A stretch of DNA of 64,000 bases from Rhodanobacter sp. (GTDB lineage Bacteria; Pseudomonadota; Gammaproteobacteria; Xanthomonadales; Rhodanobacteraceae). The translations under genes were made by a program, and so were the position numbers. The DNA lies in the NCBI GenBank assembly GCA_004298015.1, contig SCSE01000009.1, positions 13,747 to 77,746 of the forward strand, in the 5' to 3' direction. Every line of letters starts with the position of its first letter. Position 1 is the stretch's first letter. The notes under the pieces are model-generated. The model worked only from the letters and a program-made list of their open reading frames with translations, was not told the origin of the DNA and did not search any database. Shown here one piece after another: positions 50,957 through 60,839 of this stretch.

Positions 50957-53080
50957 TTACAAGGCCATGGTGAATTTGACCATGACTTGACCTGCTTTGT
51001 AGTTGTGGTTGAACTGGTAATCATAAGCGCCTTCGACCGACCAGGTCTTGCTGCTGGCGATCAACAGGCCGGCACCGACATCAAACAGATCCCGCCCCTG
51101 CCTCACGCCTGTCGCCTTGAATGACGGACCGCCGCTTGCGAAAGCCGCGGTATTGCCCATCGTTTGGCCGTGGAACGAATGCAGCCAGTTGACGTGTACC
51201 TCGGGGCGCACTATCTGCGCACCGGAGGTAACAAGGTCGCGTGCGAATTTCACGCCCAGGCCCGACTGGAGGAAATCGTAGTTCTGTGAGTTGACCTTCA
51301 GATTGATCGGGCCACCGCCGATTTCGGTGAAGCCGTTGGTGTCAAGACGGGTGTACTGCAATGTTGCGGTAGGCGTAATGACGCTGCGACCGTCGCCGAC
51401 CTGAAAATGGTAACCGGTAGCGCCAAACGCGGTGTATTGGTGACCGCTGTAATCAGCGCTCGCCGTGTTGTTGATACCGGGGAACGAAACGTGGCGTGAG
51501 TTTGAATAATCGTCCAGGCCGTAAACCAGTGCAGCATTGACGAACCAGGGGCCCGGCGCATAACCCAGATAGGCGGTTGCCTGGTAGGAGCGGATATCGC
51601 TATGGCTTGTGGCACCGAGGCCGTTGAGCATCGCCCGGCCAAATCTGACGCCGACGCCCGCCGTAGTCGCCTGACTGATCGGGATGTCATAGCCGAGCAT
51701 CGCGCCGAAGCTGTTGTCGTTATAGCCTTCGTACCCGTGGCTGCTCTGTTGCGTGCCGGCATAGCCGAACGCAGCGCCCCACAGATGTGGCCTCACCTTG
51801 TCGGGTTGGCAGGCTACCGTATTGTCCCGCCGTTGCCTGTTTTGATCGTCGGGCTGCTCGTTCTGGAGGCACGGTTGCTGGACGCTTTCCATGTGCGACG
51901 CCCACAGTCCCTGGAATTGCTGCGTGATCCGGTAGCTTTCCTGCGGCGAGGCGAGGTCGGCCGTGCCGGGCTGCAGTTGCGCCAGGGCATCGGCGACGGC
52001 CGGGGCGGTTGGCAGCAGCGTGATGGCGGTCAGGAGCGGGGTGGTGGCCGGCGTCAACGGCAGCGCATCGATGATCGGGGCGATGATCGGTGCCGTCGGG
52101 TTGGCTATCGGGGCCACGACTGTCGCCAGCGGTATCTGGGTTGCGGTGATCTGTACCCGGCCGTTGGTGGTGGGGGCTGCGGAGAACAGATAGCGCGTGG
52201 TATTGCTGGTTGCCGTGACCGTGCTGCCATTGGTGCCGCTGGTGGCGTCGACGATGTTGTAGCTGCTGCCCACGGGAATCGGTCCGGTGACGGTCACGTT
52301 GACCTGCAGTGCGTTGCCGATGGTGGCGGCACCCACCGGGGTGATCTTGCCGTAGAGCGACTGGCTGAAGATCGTGGTGTTGATGGTGCCTGCTACCGGG
52401 ATCGCCAAGGCACCGGCGACGTTCAAGGTGTTCGTTCCGAGGGTGTAAGTCGCGGCGTTCGCCTGCCCGGTAATCAGCGCATTGCCGCCGGCCACGGTGA
52501 TCTGTTTCAGCCCGCTTGCTGCGCCGACCGCGCCATCCAGGATGCTGTTGGCATGGAGCGTCAGCGTGCCGGTAGCGGCACCTGCGGAGTTGGTGATGGC
52601 AGCCTTGACTGTCTGGCCTGCGCCCACGTCGATGAAACCGTCGCCGGCGAAATCCATGGTCGAGCCGGTGGCGCTGGTGAAACCGCCATTGAAGTTGACC
52701 GTGCCGGTGCCGGCTACCGAGAAGGTCGTCGAGTAGACCGGGCCGTTGAAGGTCACCGTGTTGGCATTGCTGCCGGCAGAGATGTTGAGAAACGTCGAGC
52801 CGGCCGCACCGACGAAGCCGGTGACCGTCGAGCTGTTGTTGAACAGGATACTGGCGGTATTGGCGGCGTCGGTGGTGATCGCGCCGCCGGGATCGTTCCC
52901 GGTGTTGATGTCCTGGTTACCCACGGTGAGGGTCCCGGGTCCCTGGGTATCGACACCGCTGGTGACGCCGACCGGGCCAACCACCCCCGGCAGGACGACC
53001 ACTTCGCGCGCTACGGCCAGGGGCAGCCAGGCTACCATCGCTGAACCGAGGAGGGGGAGTACGAGTGTCTTCTTCTTCAT
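50957..53080 (-). CDS. Autotransporter (type Va) with a repetitive beta-helical passenger and a C-terminal beta-barrel
   Basis: Starts MKKKTLVLPLLGSAMVAWLPLAVA. The passenger is T/G/N/A-rich with repeated ...TFNG.../...TVxG... segments. The C-terminal roughly 280 aa show an alternating barrel pattern. Confidence 0.8.
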   Translation of the reverse strand: MKKKTLVLPLLGSAMVAWLPLAVAREVVVLPGVVGPVGVTSGVDTQGPGTLTVGNQDINTGNDPGGAITTDAANTASILFNNSSTVTGFVGAAGSTFLNISAGSNANTVTFNGPVYSTTFSVAGTGTVNFNGGFTSATGSTMDFAGDGFIDVGAGQTVKAAITNSAGAATGTLTLHANSILDGAVGAASGLKQITVAGGNALITGQANAATYTLGTNTLNVAGALAIPVAGTINTTIFSQSLYGKITPVGAATIGNALQVNVTVTGPIPVGSSYNIVDATSGTNGSTVTATSNTTRYLFSAAPTTNGRVQITATQIPLATVVAPIANPTAPIIAPIIDALPLTPATTPLLTAITLLPTAPAVADALAQLQPGTADLASPQESYRITQQFQGLWASHMESVQQPCLQNEQPDDQNRQRRDNTVACQPDKVRPHLWGAAFGYAGTQQSSHGYEGYNDNSFGAMLGYDIPISQATTAGVGVRFGRAMLNGLGATSHSDIRSYQATAYLGYAPGPWFVNAALVYGLDDYSNSRHVSFPGINNTASADYSGHQYTAFGATGYHFQVGDGRSVITPTATLQYTRLDTNGFTEIGGGPINLKVNSQNYDFLQSGLGVKFARDLVTSGAQIVRPEVHVNWLHSFHGQTMGNTAAFASGGPSFKATGVRQGRDLFDVGAGLLIASSKTWSVEGAYDYQFNHNYKAGQVMVKFTMAL

Positions 53081-53630
53081 GGGGTCACCTGTTCTTGGGT
53101 TGTGAGCAAACGTGCAGCGGCGTCTGGCCCGCTGGGTCAGCAGGTACGCGGATTGCTCGTCGATCCCCGTTTGGCGTCTCACCCCGGAGGTAAACGTCTG
53201 AAGCCAGGCCACCGCTTCACTTTCACCACCCGTGGGCGGCGATTTTCGCGGGCAGATCTCTCTGCATGGCTGGATGGCTTTGCGAGCCAGGACGCGTGTA
53301 TCCGCGCTTGCATTGCGCTTGCGTGTGCGTCGTGGATGGCCTGTATCAGGTTGGACGCGATGCGAACAACACGCGCCGAACTCGCTTTGGCAGGGCTGCG
53401 GGCCTCGTGTGGCAAAATCCTGAAGCCCGTTTGTTAACTAGGCGCTAACAGACGTGAAGATCGCGTGCAGGCCTGTGGCCGGCACGACATCCGAGCAACA
53501 CCCTCGGAGCGTCAGACGCGCCGGAGTACCGGGCACCCGTGTCGCCGATCAGCTGCAGCCGACCGGCGGTCGCGGTCGCGATGCACGGCATCGACTATGC
53601 CCGGATTCGGCGACGTGCCACCATCCGTGG

Positions 53631-54869
53631 ATGAATGCAGCAGATCAACCCCACGTAGCGATCATCGGCGGCGGACCGGCCGGACTGATGGCCGCCGAGC
53701 AAGCCATCGAGGCGGGCCTGGCGGTGGATCTCTACGACGCGAAGGGTTCGGTCGGGCGCAAATTTCTGCTCGCTGGCAAGGGCGGTTTGAATCTGACCCA
53801 TGGCGAGCCATTGGTGCAGTTTATCGGCCGCTACGGCGCGCGCCGCGATGCCGTGGCGCAATGGTTGCAAGCGTTCGATGCCGATGCGCTGCGGGCGTGG
53901 GCGCGCGGGCTGGGTGTGGACACCTTTGTCGGCAGCTCCGGCCGGGTGTTTCCGGCTGACCTGAAGGCGGCGCCGCTGCTGCGTAGCTGGGTCCATCGGT
54001 TGCGGGCGGCGGGCGTGAATTTTCACATGCATCATCGCTGGCTCGGTTGGACCGAGGATGGCAGCCTGTGCTTCGCCACGCCGACTGGCGAGCGAGCCGT
54101 AGCGGCCGACGCCGCGGTGCTGGCGATGGGCGGCGCCAGCTGGCCGCAGCTGGGTTCCGACGGCAGCTGGGTGAGTACGCTGCACGCGATCGGGGTCGAC
54201 ATCGCGCCGCTGCAACCGGCGAATTGCGGTTTCGAGGTGGCATGGAGCGAGCACTTGCGCGAGCGCTTCGCGGGTGCGCCGCTGAAGCCGGTGGTGGCGC
54301 GCTGGATCGATCGCGACGGTATCGCGCACCATCGCCAGGGCGAGTGCGTGCTCAGCGACTATGGCATCGAAGGCAGTCTGATCTATGCGATCGGCGCTGA
54401 GCTGCGCGAACAGCTCGCTGCCCACGGTACAGCCACGCTGCATCTTGACCTGGTACCCGGCTACAGCGTGGCGGTGCTGGCTGAGCGTCTCGCCGTTCCG
54501 CGCGGCAAGCGCAGCGTCGGCCATTGGCTGCGCCACCGTGCCGGCCTCGACGCGGCCAAATGCGCGCTGGTGTTCGAACTGACCGACAAGGCCAGCCTGG
54601 CCGATCCTCCGGCGCTGGCCATGTGGCTGAAGTCACTGCCCATACCGCTGCGCGCGCCACGCCCGGTGGCCGAGGCGATCAGTACCGCCGGCGGTGTACG
54701 GCTGGAAGCGCTGGATGCCGGACTGATGCTGCACCAGCGTCCCGGCGTGTTCTGTGCCGGCGAGATGCTCGACTGGGAAGCGCCGACCGGCGGTTATCTG
54801 CTCACGGCCTGTTTCGCCAGTGGTGCGGTTGCCGGGCGCGGCGCGGTGGACTGGTTGCAACGCTGCTGA
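53631..54869 (+). CDS. BaiN/HI0933-like NAD(P)/FAD-dependent oxidoreductase
   Basis: Starts MNAADQPHVAIIGGGPAGLMAAE (dinucleotide-binding GxGxxG). The upstream 59 codons of the ORF look non-coding. Confidence 0.8.
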   Translation: MNAADQPHVAIIGGGPAGLMAAEQAIEAGLAVDLYDAKGSVGRKFLLAGKGGLNLTHGEPLVQFIGRYGARRDAVAQWLQAFDADALRAWARGLGVDTFVGSSGRVFPADLKAAPLLRSWVHRLRAAGVNFHMHHRWLGWTEDGSLCFATPTGERAVAADAAVLAMGGASWPQLGSDGSWVSTLHAIGVDIAPLQPANCGFEVAWSEHLRERFAGAPLKPVVARWIDRDGIAHHRQGECVLSDYGIEGSLIYAIGAELREQLAAHGTATLHLDLVPGYSVAVLAERLAVPRGKRSVGHWLRHRAGLDAAKCALVFELTDKASLADPPALAMWLKSLPIPLRAPRPVAEAISTAGGVRLEALDAGLMLHQRPGVFCAGEMLDWEAPTGGYLLTACFASGAVAGRGAVDWLQRC

Positions 54870-54895
54870 CGCAGCGCGCCGTAGCCGCGGCCGCC

Positions 54896-55141
54896 TCAAC
54901 GGTGTGCGCAACGAGGCGCGGGGCGCGAATAGCTCCAGCTTGGTTCCGACAGCTGCCGCCAGCGTTGCAATGAAGCCGGGACACGGGTCTGCGGCCAGCG
55001 CTCGCGTAGCGTGGCGAGCGCTGTTTCGGCGGTCTCGTGGCGGGCCACTTCGCGGTCGTCGAGCAGCACGCGCCAGCGGTGCCCATGGCGAACGATGCGG
55101 CAGATGCCGGACCGTGACGGATAAACGTATTGCGTAGGCAC
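54896..55141 (-). CDS. Small hypothetical protein (81 aa, GTG start)
   Basis: Third-position G+C is high and the composition is protein-like (…ICRIVRHGHRWRVLLDDREVARHETAETALATLRERW…). No motif recognised. Confidence 0.3.
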   Translation of the reverse strand: MPTQYVYPSRSGICRIVRHGHRWRVLLDDREVARHETAETALATLRERWPQTRVPASLQRWRQLSEPSWSYSRPAPRCAHR

Positions 55142-55257
55142 GGTGTCACTCGCTGAATGGCAGAGTGACAGTGTGGTTCTCGATGATGACCGCAGATGGG
55201 AGATTTTGCGTCATCGCGATGACGCGTCGATGCACCCCGGTGCGGCGACGGCAGGGC

Positions 55258-56022
55258 TCAGGGTGTCCGTTTTACCAGTGTGATCTGGAACAGCTTCGGC
55301 CAGCATTTGCCGGTGACAAACAGGCGGTCGTGACGGGCGTCGTAGGCGACGCCGTTGAGCACGTCGTCGGCAGGGTTGGGCAACCGGTTGATGTCGAGCA
55401 GACCGCTGAGATCGATCCAACCCACGACGTGACCGGTCCCCGGATCGATTCGCGCGATGCGGTTGGTGAGCCAGACATTGGCGTAGATCTGACCCTTGAC
55501 CCACTCCAGCTCATTGAGGTTTTTCACCGGCACGCCATCGGCAGTCACGGTGATCTGGCCAGTCTGGGCGAGGGTTTCCGGGTCGAGGATGCGCAGCACC
55601 GGGGTGCCATCGCTCATGTAGAGGTGTTTGCTGTTGCGGGTCAGCGCCCAGCCTTCGCCGGGATAGCTGAACTGGCGCAGCGGCTTGAGGCTGTCCAGGT
55701 CGTAGACGAAGCCGGTACCGCTTTTCCAGGTGAGCTGGATCAGCCGGTGTTTCCAGGCGACGATGCCCTCGCCGAAATACTGTGCCGGCACATGCTGCAG
55801 CTGCAGTACCTTGCCGGTATCGAGCTGTACCTTGCGCACGGTCGATTCGCCGTACTGACCGGCGCTTTCGTACAGGAAGCCGTCCTTGTAGAAAAGCCCC
55901 TCGGTGTAGGCCGAGGTGTCGTGCGGATAGACGTGCACGACCTTGTAGCCGTAGACCGGTATCGCGGCCCAGCTGGTGCTGGCGAAGGCGAGTAAGGCGA
56001 GGGTGCTGGCAAGACGGAACAT
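55258..56022 (-). CDS. Glutaminyl-peptide cyclotransferase (plant/beta-propeller type)
   Basis: Starts MFRLASTLALLAFASTSWA (signal peptide). YPHDTSAYTEGLFY and NELEWV motifs, as in papaya-type and Xanthomonas glutaminyl cyclases. Confidence 0.85.
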   Translation of the reverse strand: MFRLASTLALLAFASTSWAAIPVYGYKVVHVYPHDTSAYTEGLFYKDGFLYESAGQYGESTVRKVQLDTGKVLQLQHVPAQYFGEGIVAWKHRLIQLTWKSGTGFVYDLDSLKPLRQFSYPGEGWALTRNSKHLYMSDGTPVLRILDPETLAQTGQITVTADGVPVKNLNELEWVKGQIYANVWLTNRIARIDPGTGHVVGWIDLSGLLDINRLPNPADDVLNGVAYDARHDRLFVTGKCWPKLFQITLVKRTP

Positions 56023-56075
56023 CGGACCACCGTGGTGACTTTTCGCCAGCATAAGACAGCGGGCATCGGCATGCG

Positions 56076-57455
56076 TCAACCCAGCGGGCGCACGCGGAAG
56101 TTGCGCCCCTTGATCTTGCCGGCACGCAAGCGTTCCAGCGCCTTGTTGGCGAGCGGGCGGCTTATCGCCACGTAGGCGCGGGTGGCGAATACGTCGATCT
56201 TGCCGATCTCGGTGGCGGCCAGGCCGGCGTCGCCGGTGAGCGCGCCGAGAATGTCGCCGGGGCGCAGCTTGTCTTGCCGCCCAGCGTCGATTACCAGGGT
56301 CTTCATCGGTGCCAGATTCAGCGTCTTGCCCCGCGCGGGGGTGATCTTGAGCGGCCGCCATGCCAGCGCGGTGCCCAGCAGCTCTTCGATGTTGGCGGCC
56401 TTGGGCCGCTCGCGCGGCGTGCACAAGGTGAGCGCCCGACCCGACTGGCCGGCCCGACCGGTACGGCCGATGCGGTGAGTATGGGTGTCCGGATCGTGGG
56501 CGATGTCGTAGCTGATCACCAACGGCAGGTCGGCGATGTCGAGGCCGCGCGCGGCCACGTCGGTGGCCACCAGCACCGAGCAGCTGTGGTTGGCAAAGCG
56601 TACCAGCACCTCGTCGCGATCGCGCTGGTCCATGTCGCCATGCAGCGCCAGCGCCGAAAAGCCGCGGCGATCCAGTTCCTGCGCCACGGCGTCCACCTCA
56701 CGGCGCATATTGCAGAACACCAGCGCCTGGGCGTCGCGCTGCCCGGCCAGCAACTGGGCCAGCGCATCGGGCTTCTGCGCCGGCTCCAGCTCGATGAACT
56801 GCTGCTCGATCGCGGGTCGTTGCTCGACCGGCGCCGTTACCGTCACCACCACCGGGTCGGTCTGCACACGCCGGCTCACCGCGCGAATTTCGTCGGGGTA
56901 AGTGGCGGAAAACAGCAGGGTCTGGTGATGTTTGGCGATGCGCCCGATGATGTCGTCGATCGCCTCGGTGAAGCCCATGTCGAGCATGCGGTCGGCTTCA
57001 TCGAGCACCAGCACCTTGATCCCGCCACCGTGCAGACTGCCGCGCTTGAGGTGTTCCTGCACCCGGCCGGGGGTGCCGACCACGATGTGCGGATCATGGG
57101 TCAGCGAGGCCAGTTGCGGTCCCAGCGGCATGCCGCCGCACAGAGTCAGCAGCTTGACGTTGGGGATATTGGCGGCCAGTTTGCGGATCGCCTTGCTGAC
57201 CTGGTCGGCCAGCTCGCGGGTCGGACACAGCACCAGCGCCTGCAGCCGGATGGTGTCCGCGTCGAGCGACTGCAGCAGGCTCAGTCCGAACGCGGCGGTC
57301 TTGCCGCTGCCGGTCTGTGCCTGGGCAATCACGTCGCGTCCTTCCAGCATCGGCGGCAGGCTTTGCGCCTGTACCGGGGTCATGGTGGCGTAGCCGAGGG
57401 TTTCGACGCTGGCGAGCAGGGCGGGTTTGAGCGGTAGCGTAGGGAAGGCGGTCAT
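56076..57455 (-). CDS. dbpA: ATP-dependent RNA helicase DbpA
   Basis: Starts MTAFPTLPLKPALL. Has AQTGSGKTAAF, DEADRML, SAT, and the C-terminal DbpA RNA-binding domain (DILGALTGDAGL...IGKIDV). Confidence 0.85.
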   Translation of the reverse strand: MTAFPTLPLKPALLASVETLGYATMTPVQAQSLPPMLEGRDVIAQAQTGSGKTAAFGLSLLQSLDADTIRLQALVLCPTRELADQVSKAIRKLAANIPNVKLLTLCGGMPLGPQLASLTHDPHIVVGTPGRVQEHLKRGSLHGGGIKVLVLDEADRMLDMGFTEAIDDIIGRIAKHHQTLLFSATYPDEIRAVSRRVQTDPVVVTVTAPVEQRPAIEQQFIELEPAQKPDALAQLLAGQRDAQALVFCNMRREVDAVAQELDRRGFSALALHGDMDQRDRDEVLVRFANHSCSVLVATDVAARGLDIADLPLVISYDIAHDPDTHTHRIGRTGRAGQSGRALTLCTPRERPKAANIEELLGTALAWRPLKITPARGKTLNLAPMKTLVIDAGRQDKLRPGDILGALTGDAGLAATEIGKIDVFATRAYVAISRPLANKALERLRAGKIKGRNFRVRPLG

Positions 57456-57552
57456 TCGCGCATGATCGCACGGGCGTTCCGGATCGGTCCCGACTTGCAT
57501 CTGTGCGCCGGCTCATCGACCCTGTACGGCTGGCACCTCAGCGATCACCGTC

Positions 57553-57924
57553 ATGGACATTGTTTTCATCGAAGACCTGCGCATCGACACCGTCATCGGC
57601 ATCTACGACTGGGAGCGCCGGGTGCGGCAGACCCTGTCGTTCGACATCGAGATGGCATTCGACAACACCGTGCCGGCGGCCAGCGACGATATCGCGCTGA
57701 CGCTCAACTACAAGGACGTGTCGAAACGCCTGATCGACTATGTCGGTGAATCGCATTTTGGCCTTGTCGAAACCCTGGCCGAGCGCTGCGCGGCGCTGAT
57801 CCGCGAGGAGTACGGTGTCGCCTGGGTGCGCCTGAAGCTGTCCAAGCCCGGCGCGGTGCGCGGTGCCAGGGCGGTCGGAGTGCGCATCGAGCGTGGTCGG
57901 CAACCGCAGCTGTCAACGGAGTAG
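57553..57924 (+). CDS. folB: Dihydroneopterin aldolase
   Basis: 123 aa starting MDIVFIEDLRIDTVIGIYDWER; a typical FolB. Confidence 0.85.
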   Translation: MDIVFIEDLRIDTVIGIYDWERRVRQTLSFDIEMAFDNTVPAASDDIALTLNYKDVSKRLIDYVGESHFGLVETLAERCAALIREEYGVAWVRLKLSKPGAVRGARAVGVRIERGRQPQLSTE

Positions 57925-57933
57925 CGCAAGACT

Positions 57934-59208
57934 ATGGATTCATTATCTGCCCTGATGCAACAACCCGGCATGCGCTTGCTGGTGGCGGTCGTGCTGCTGC
58001 TGATACTGGCCTGGCTGGCGGGTCTGCTGACCCGCCTGGTGCTGCTGCGGATCATGCGCGGCATCGCCAGGCGCACGGCCTGGCAATGGGACGACGCGCT
58101 GTTCCAGTTCGGCGTGTTTCGCTGGCTGGCACGGCTGGTGCCCGCACTGGTGATCCAGTTCGGCATCCAACTGGTACCCGGGATGCCGCCGCGGATCGAA
58201 CGTCTGGTCGGCAACCTCGCGATGGCGTTGATGGTGTTCTTCGTGGTGAAGGCGGTCAGCCGCGCGCTGTCGGCGGTGGAGTCGCTGTACCGCGAGACCC
58301 CGGTCGGGGGGCAGCGTCCGATCAAGGGGCTGATCCAGCTGGCCAAGCTGGTGTTGTTCATCATCAGCGCGCTGCTGATCATCGGCATGATCACCGACAA
58401 GCGGGTCGGACTGCTGCTGTCCGGCCTGGGCGCGATGTCGGCGGTACTGATCTTGATCTTCAAGGACACCATCCTGGGGTTCGTCGCCGGGGTGCAGCTG
58501 TCTTCCAACGACATGTTGCGGGTCGGCGACTGGATCACCATGCCCGGCGCCGGTGCCGACGGCGATGTGATCGACATCACCTTGTACACGGTCAAGGTGC
58601 GCAACTTCGACAACACGATCGTGACCGTGCCGACCTGGAAGTTGATCGCCGAGAGCTACCAGAACTGGCGCGGCATGGTGGATTCCGGTGGTCGCCGGAT
58701 CAAGCGTGCGTTGTATCTCGATGCCAGCAGTGTGCATTTTCTCGCAAGCGATGAGCTGGCCAGGCTACAGCGCTTCCGCCTCCTCGGGGATTACCTGGAC
58801 GGCAAACACAGCGAGTTGGTCAGGTGGAACAGCCAGCTCGGCGAGGCCGGCGAACAGCCGTTCAACCGCCGCCGGCTGACCAATCTCGGTACGTTCCGCG
58901 CCTACGTCAGCGGTTACCTGCAGCAGCATCCGAAGATCCATCACGAGATGACCTGCATGGTGCGCCAGCTGGCCAGTTCGCCGCAGGGCGTGCCGCTGGA
59001 GCTTTACTGCTTTACCGCGACCACCGCATGGGCCGAGTACGAGAATATCCAGGGGGATATCTTCGACCACCTGATCGCGCTGCTGCCGGAGTTCGGGCTG
59101 GCGTTGTATCAGCAACCCTCGGGACAGGACATGCGCGCGGGGCTGGCCGCGTCCCGTACCGCGTCAGCCCCGGCTGCCAGCGATGCCAGCGCAGCGGCGG
59201 GTCACTAG
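57934..59208 (+). CDS. Mechanosensitive ion channel family protein (MscS-like)
   Basis: 424 aa. N-terminal transmembrane helices followed by the MscS beta-domain signature (VGDWITM...GDVIDITLYTVKVRNFDNTIVTVPT). Confidence 0.85.
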   Translation: MDSLSALMQQPGMRLLVAVVLLLILAWLAGLLTRLVLLRIMRGIARRTAWQWDDALFQFGVFRWLARLVPALVIQFGIQLVPGMPPRIERLVGNLAMALMVFFVVKAVSRALSAVESLYRETPVGGQRPIKGLIQLAKLVLFIISALLIIGMITDKRVGLLLSGLGAMSAVLILIFKDTILGFVAGVQLSSNDMLRVGDWITMPGAGADGDVIDITLYTVKVRNFDNTIVTVPTWKLIAESYQNWRGMVDSGGRRIKRALYLDASSVHFLASDELARLQRFRLLGDYLDGKHSELVRWNSQLGEAGEQPFNRRRLTNLGTFRAYVSGYLQQHPKIHHEMTCMVRQLASSPQGVPLELYCFTATTAWAEYENIQGDIFDHLIALLPEFGLALYQQPSGQDMRAGLAASRTASAPAASDASAAAGH

Positions 59209-59373
59209 GAGCCTGTCGGACTTATGAAGAATCGGCTGCAAATCTGCCCGCGCGGTCCATATATCCGCCGTTTATTGGCCGATAGAACGACTATCGGCCG
59301 GCGAATCGTCGAAAATCTGTCCTCGCTCAGGCAAATTTTCGCTTTCCATTCCATAAGTCCGACAGGCTCCTAG
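59205..59373. repeat. MITE-like nested palindromic element (169 bp, 22-bp perfect terminal inverted repeats)
   Basis: CTAGGAGCCTGTCGGACTTATG at 59205-59226 is the exact reverse complement of 59352-59373. Central hairpin GGCCGATAG-AACGA-CTATCGGCC at 59277-59299. Confidence 0.7.
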
Positions 59374-59376
59374 GGC

Positions 59377-59865
59377 GTGGCCCGGGTCTACCTGAGTCTG
59401 GGCTCCAACGTCGAGCCGCGACGGTATCTGCCGGCGGCTGTCGATGCGTTGCGTGCACGCTTCGGCAACATCGTCGTATCGCCGGCCTATCGCAGCCGCG
59501 CGGTCGGCTTCGAGGGGGCGGACTTCGTCAATCTCGCGGTGGGCCTGGATACCGACCTCGCGCCCGGCGTGCTGAACGACTGGTTGCACGCGCTGGAGGA
59601 CCGACATGGTCGCCGCCGCGATCTGCCGCGTTACGCCGACCGCACGCTGGATCTGGATATCGTGTTCTACGACGACCTGGTGACCGAGGGGCCGGGGCAT
59701 CTGCAGATCCCGCGCCGGGAATTGCAGCATGCCTTCGTGCTCAAGCCGATCGCCGACATTGCGCCGGAGTTCCGGCATCCGCTCAGCGGCCTGAGCATGG
59801 CGACGCTGTGGGCGGCATTTCCGGCGGAACGCGAGCCGCTGCAGGCCGAGTCGTGGCAGACTTGA
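59377..59865 (+). CDS. folK: 2-amino-4-hydroxy-6-hydroxymethyldihydropteridine diphosphokinase
   Basis: GTG start. VARVYLSLGSN...LDLDIV...L.IPR motifs typical of HPPK. Confidence 0.9.
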   Translation: MARVYLSLGSNVEPRRYLPAAVDALRARFGNIVVSPAYRSRAVGFEGADFVNLAVGLDTDLAPGVLNDWLHALEDRHGRRRDLPRYADRTLDLDIVFYDDLVTEGPGHLQIPRRELQHAFVLKPIADIAPEFRHPLSGLSMATLWAAFPAEREPLQAESWQT

Positions 59866-59943
59866 TCACTGCCGCACCGTCGTCAGCGACCGGTGGTATC
59901 AAAACGCACGCGCGGCCAATCCGTGAATGAGGGGGAGACGCTG

Positions 59944-60804
59944 ATGGCTGGAAAATTCGCCCGCAGCTGGGCCTTGATGAAGGCCAGCGCAGCGGTGTTG
60001 CGCTCGGACAAGTCCTTGCTGGTTTTTCCGTTGCTGTCGGCGGTGTGCATGCTGCTGGTGGCGGCGAGCTTCCTGGTCCCGGTCGGGGTGCTGACGATCG
60101 GCAGCGGGCAGGCCGGGGCCTACCTCGATCAGGGCATGTCGGCGAGCGCGTACCTGTGGATGTTCGCGTTCTATCTGGTGCAGTACTTCGTGATCATCTT
60201 CTTCCAGACCGCGTTGACCGGCGTGGCGTTGATGCACTTACGCGGTGAACCGACCAGCGTGGCGGCAGGCTTTGCGCTGGCGCGTTCACGCTGGTCGAGC
60301 ATCCTCGGCTACGCATTGATCGCGGCGACCGTCGGCTTGCTGCTGCGGATGATCCAGGAGCGGCTGGGTCTGATCGGTCGGCTGGTGATCGGCTTCATCG
60401 GGCTGGCCTGGACCGTGGCGACCTTTCTGGTGGTGCCGGTGCTGGCCAGTCAGGACGTGGGGCCGGTGGATGCGGTCAAGCGCAGCGTGGAGCTGCTCAA
60501 GCGCAGCTGGGGCGAAAATCTGATCGGCAGCGGCGGCATCGGCCTGGCGTTCGGTGTGGCGATGGTGCTGGCGGTACTGCTGGCCGGCGGTCTGATCGCC
60601 GGCGCACTGGCCTTGCACTCGGTGCTGGCGCTGGTGGTGGCGTCGGTCGCGGCCGGGTGCGGCCTGCTCCTGCTCGTCTTGATCCAGTCGTCGCTGCAGG
60701 GCATTTATGCGGCGGCACTGTATCGCTACGCCGACGTCGGCGAAGCCGGGGCCGGTTTCGAGCCGGCGTTGCTGGAGCAGGCATTTCGCCGCAAGCAGAA
60801 ATAG
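59944..60804 (+). CDS. Multi-pass membrane protein (DUF6159-like)
   Basis: Starts MAGKFARSWALMKASAAVLRSDKSLLVFPLLS, followed by about 6 hydrophobic helices. The family assignment is tentative. Confidence 0.6.
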   Translation: MAGKFARSWALMKASAAVLRSDKSLLVFPLLSAVCMLLVAASFLVPVGVLTIGSGQAGAYLDQGMSASAYLWMFAFYLVQYFVIIFFQTALTGVALMHLRGEPTSVAAGFALARSRWSSILGYALIAATVGLLLRMIQERLGLIGRLVIGFIGLAWTVATFLVVPVLASQDVGPVDAVKRSVELLKRSWGENLIGSGGIGLAFGVAMVLAVLLAGGLIAGALALHSVLALVVASVAAGCGLLLLVLIQSSLQGIYAAALYRYADVGEAGAGFEPALLEQAFRRKQK

Positions 60805-60816
60805 CGCCGCCCGACG

Positions 60817-60837
60817 ACCACCGCTGAAACCGGTGGT
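60817..60837. terminator. Short hairpin between convergent genes
   Basis: ACCACCG-CTGAAAC-CGGTGGT. The stem is only 7 bp, so this is weak. Confidence 0.35.
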
Positions 60838-60839
60838 GT

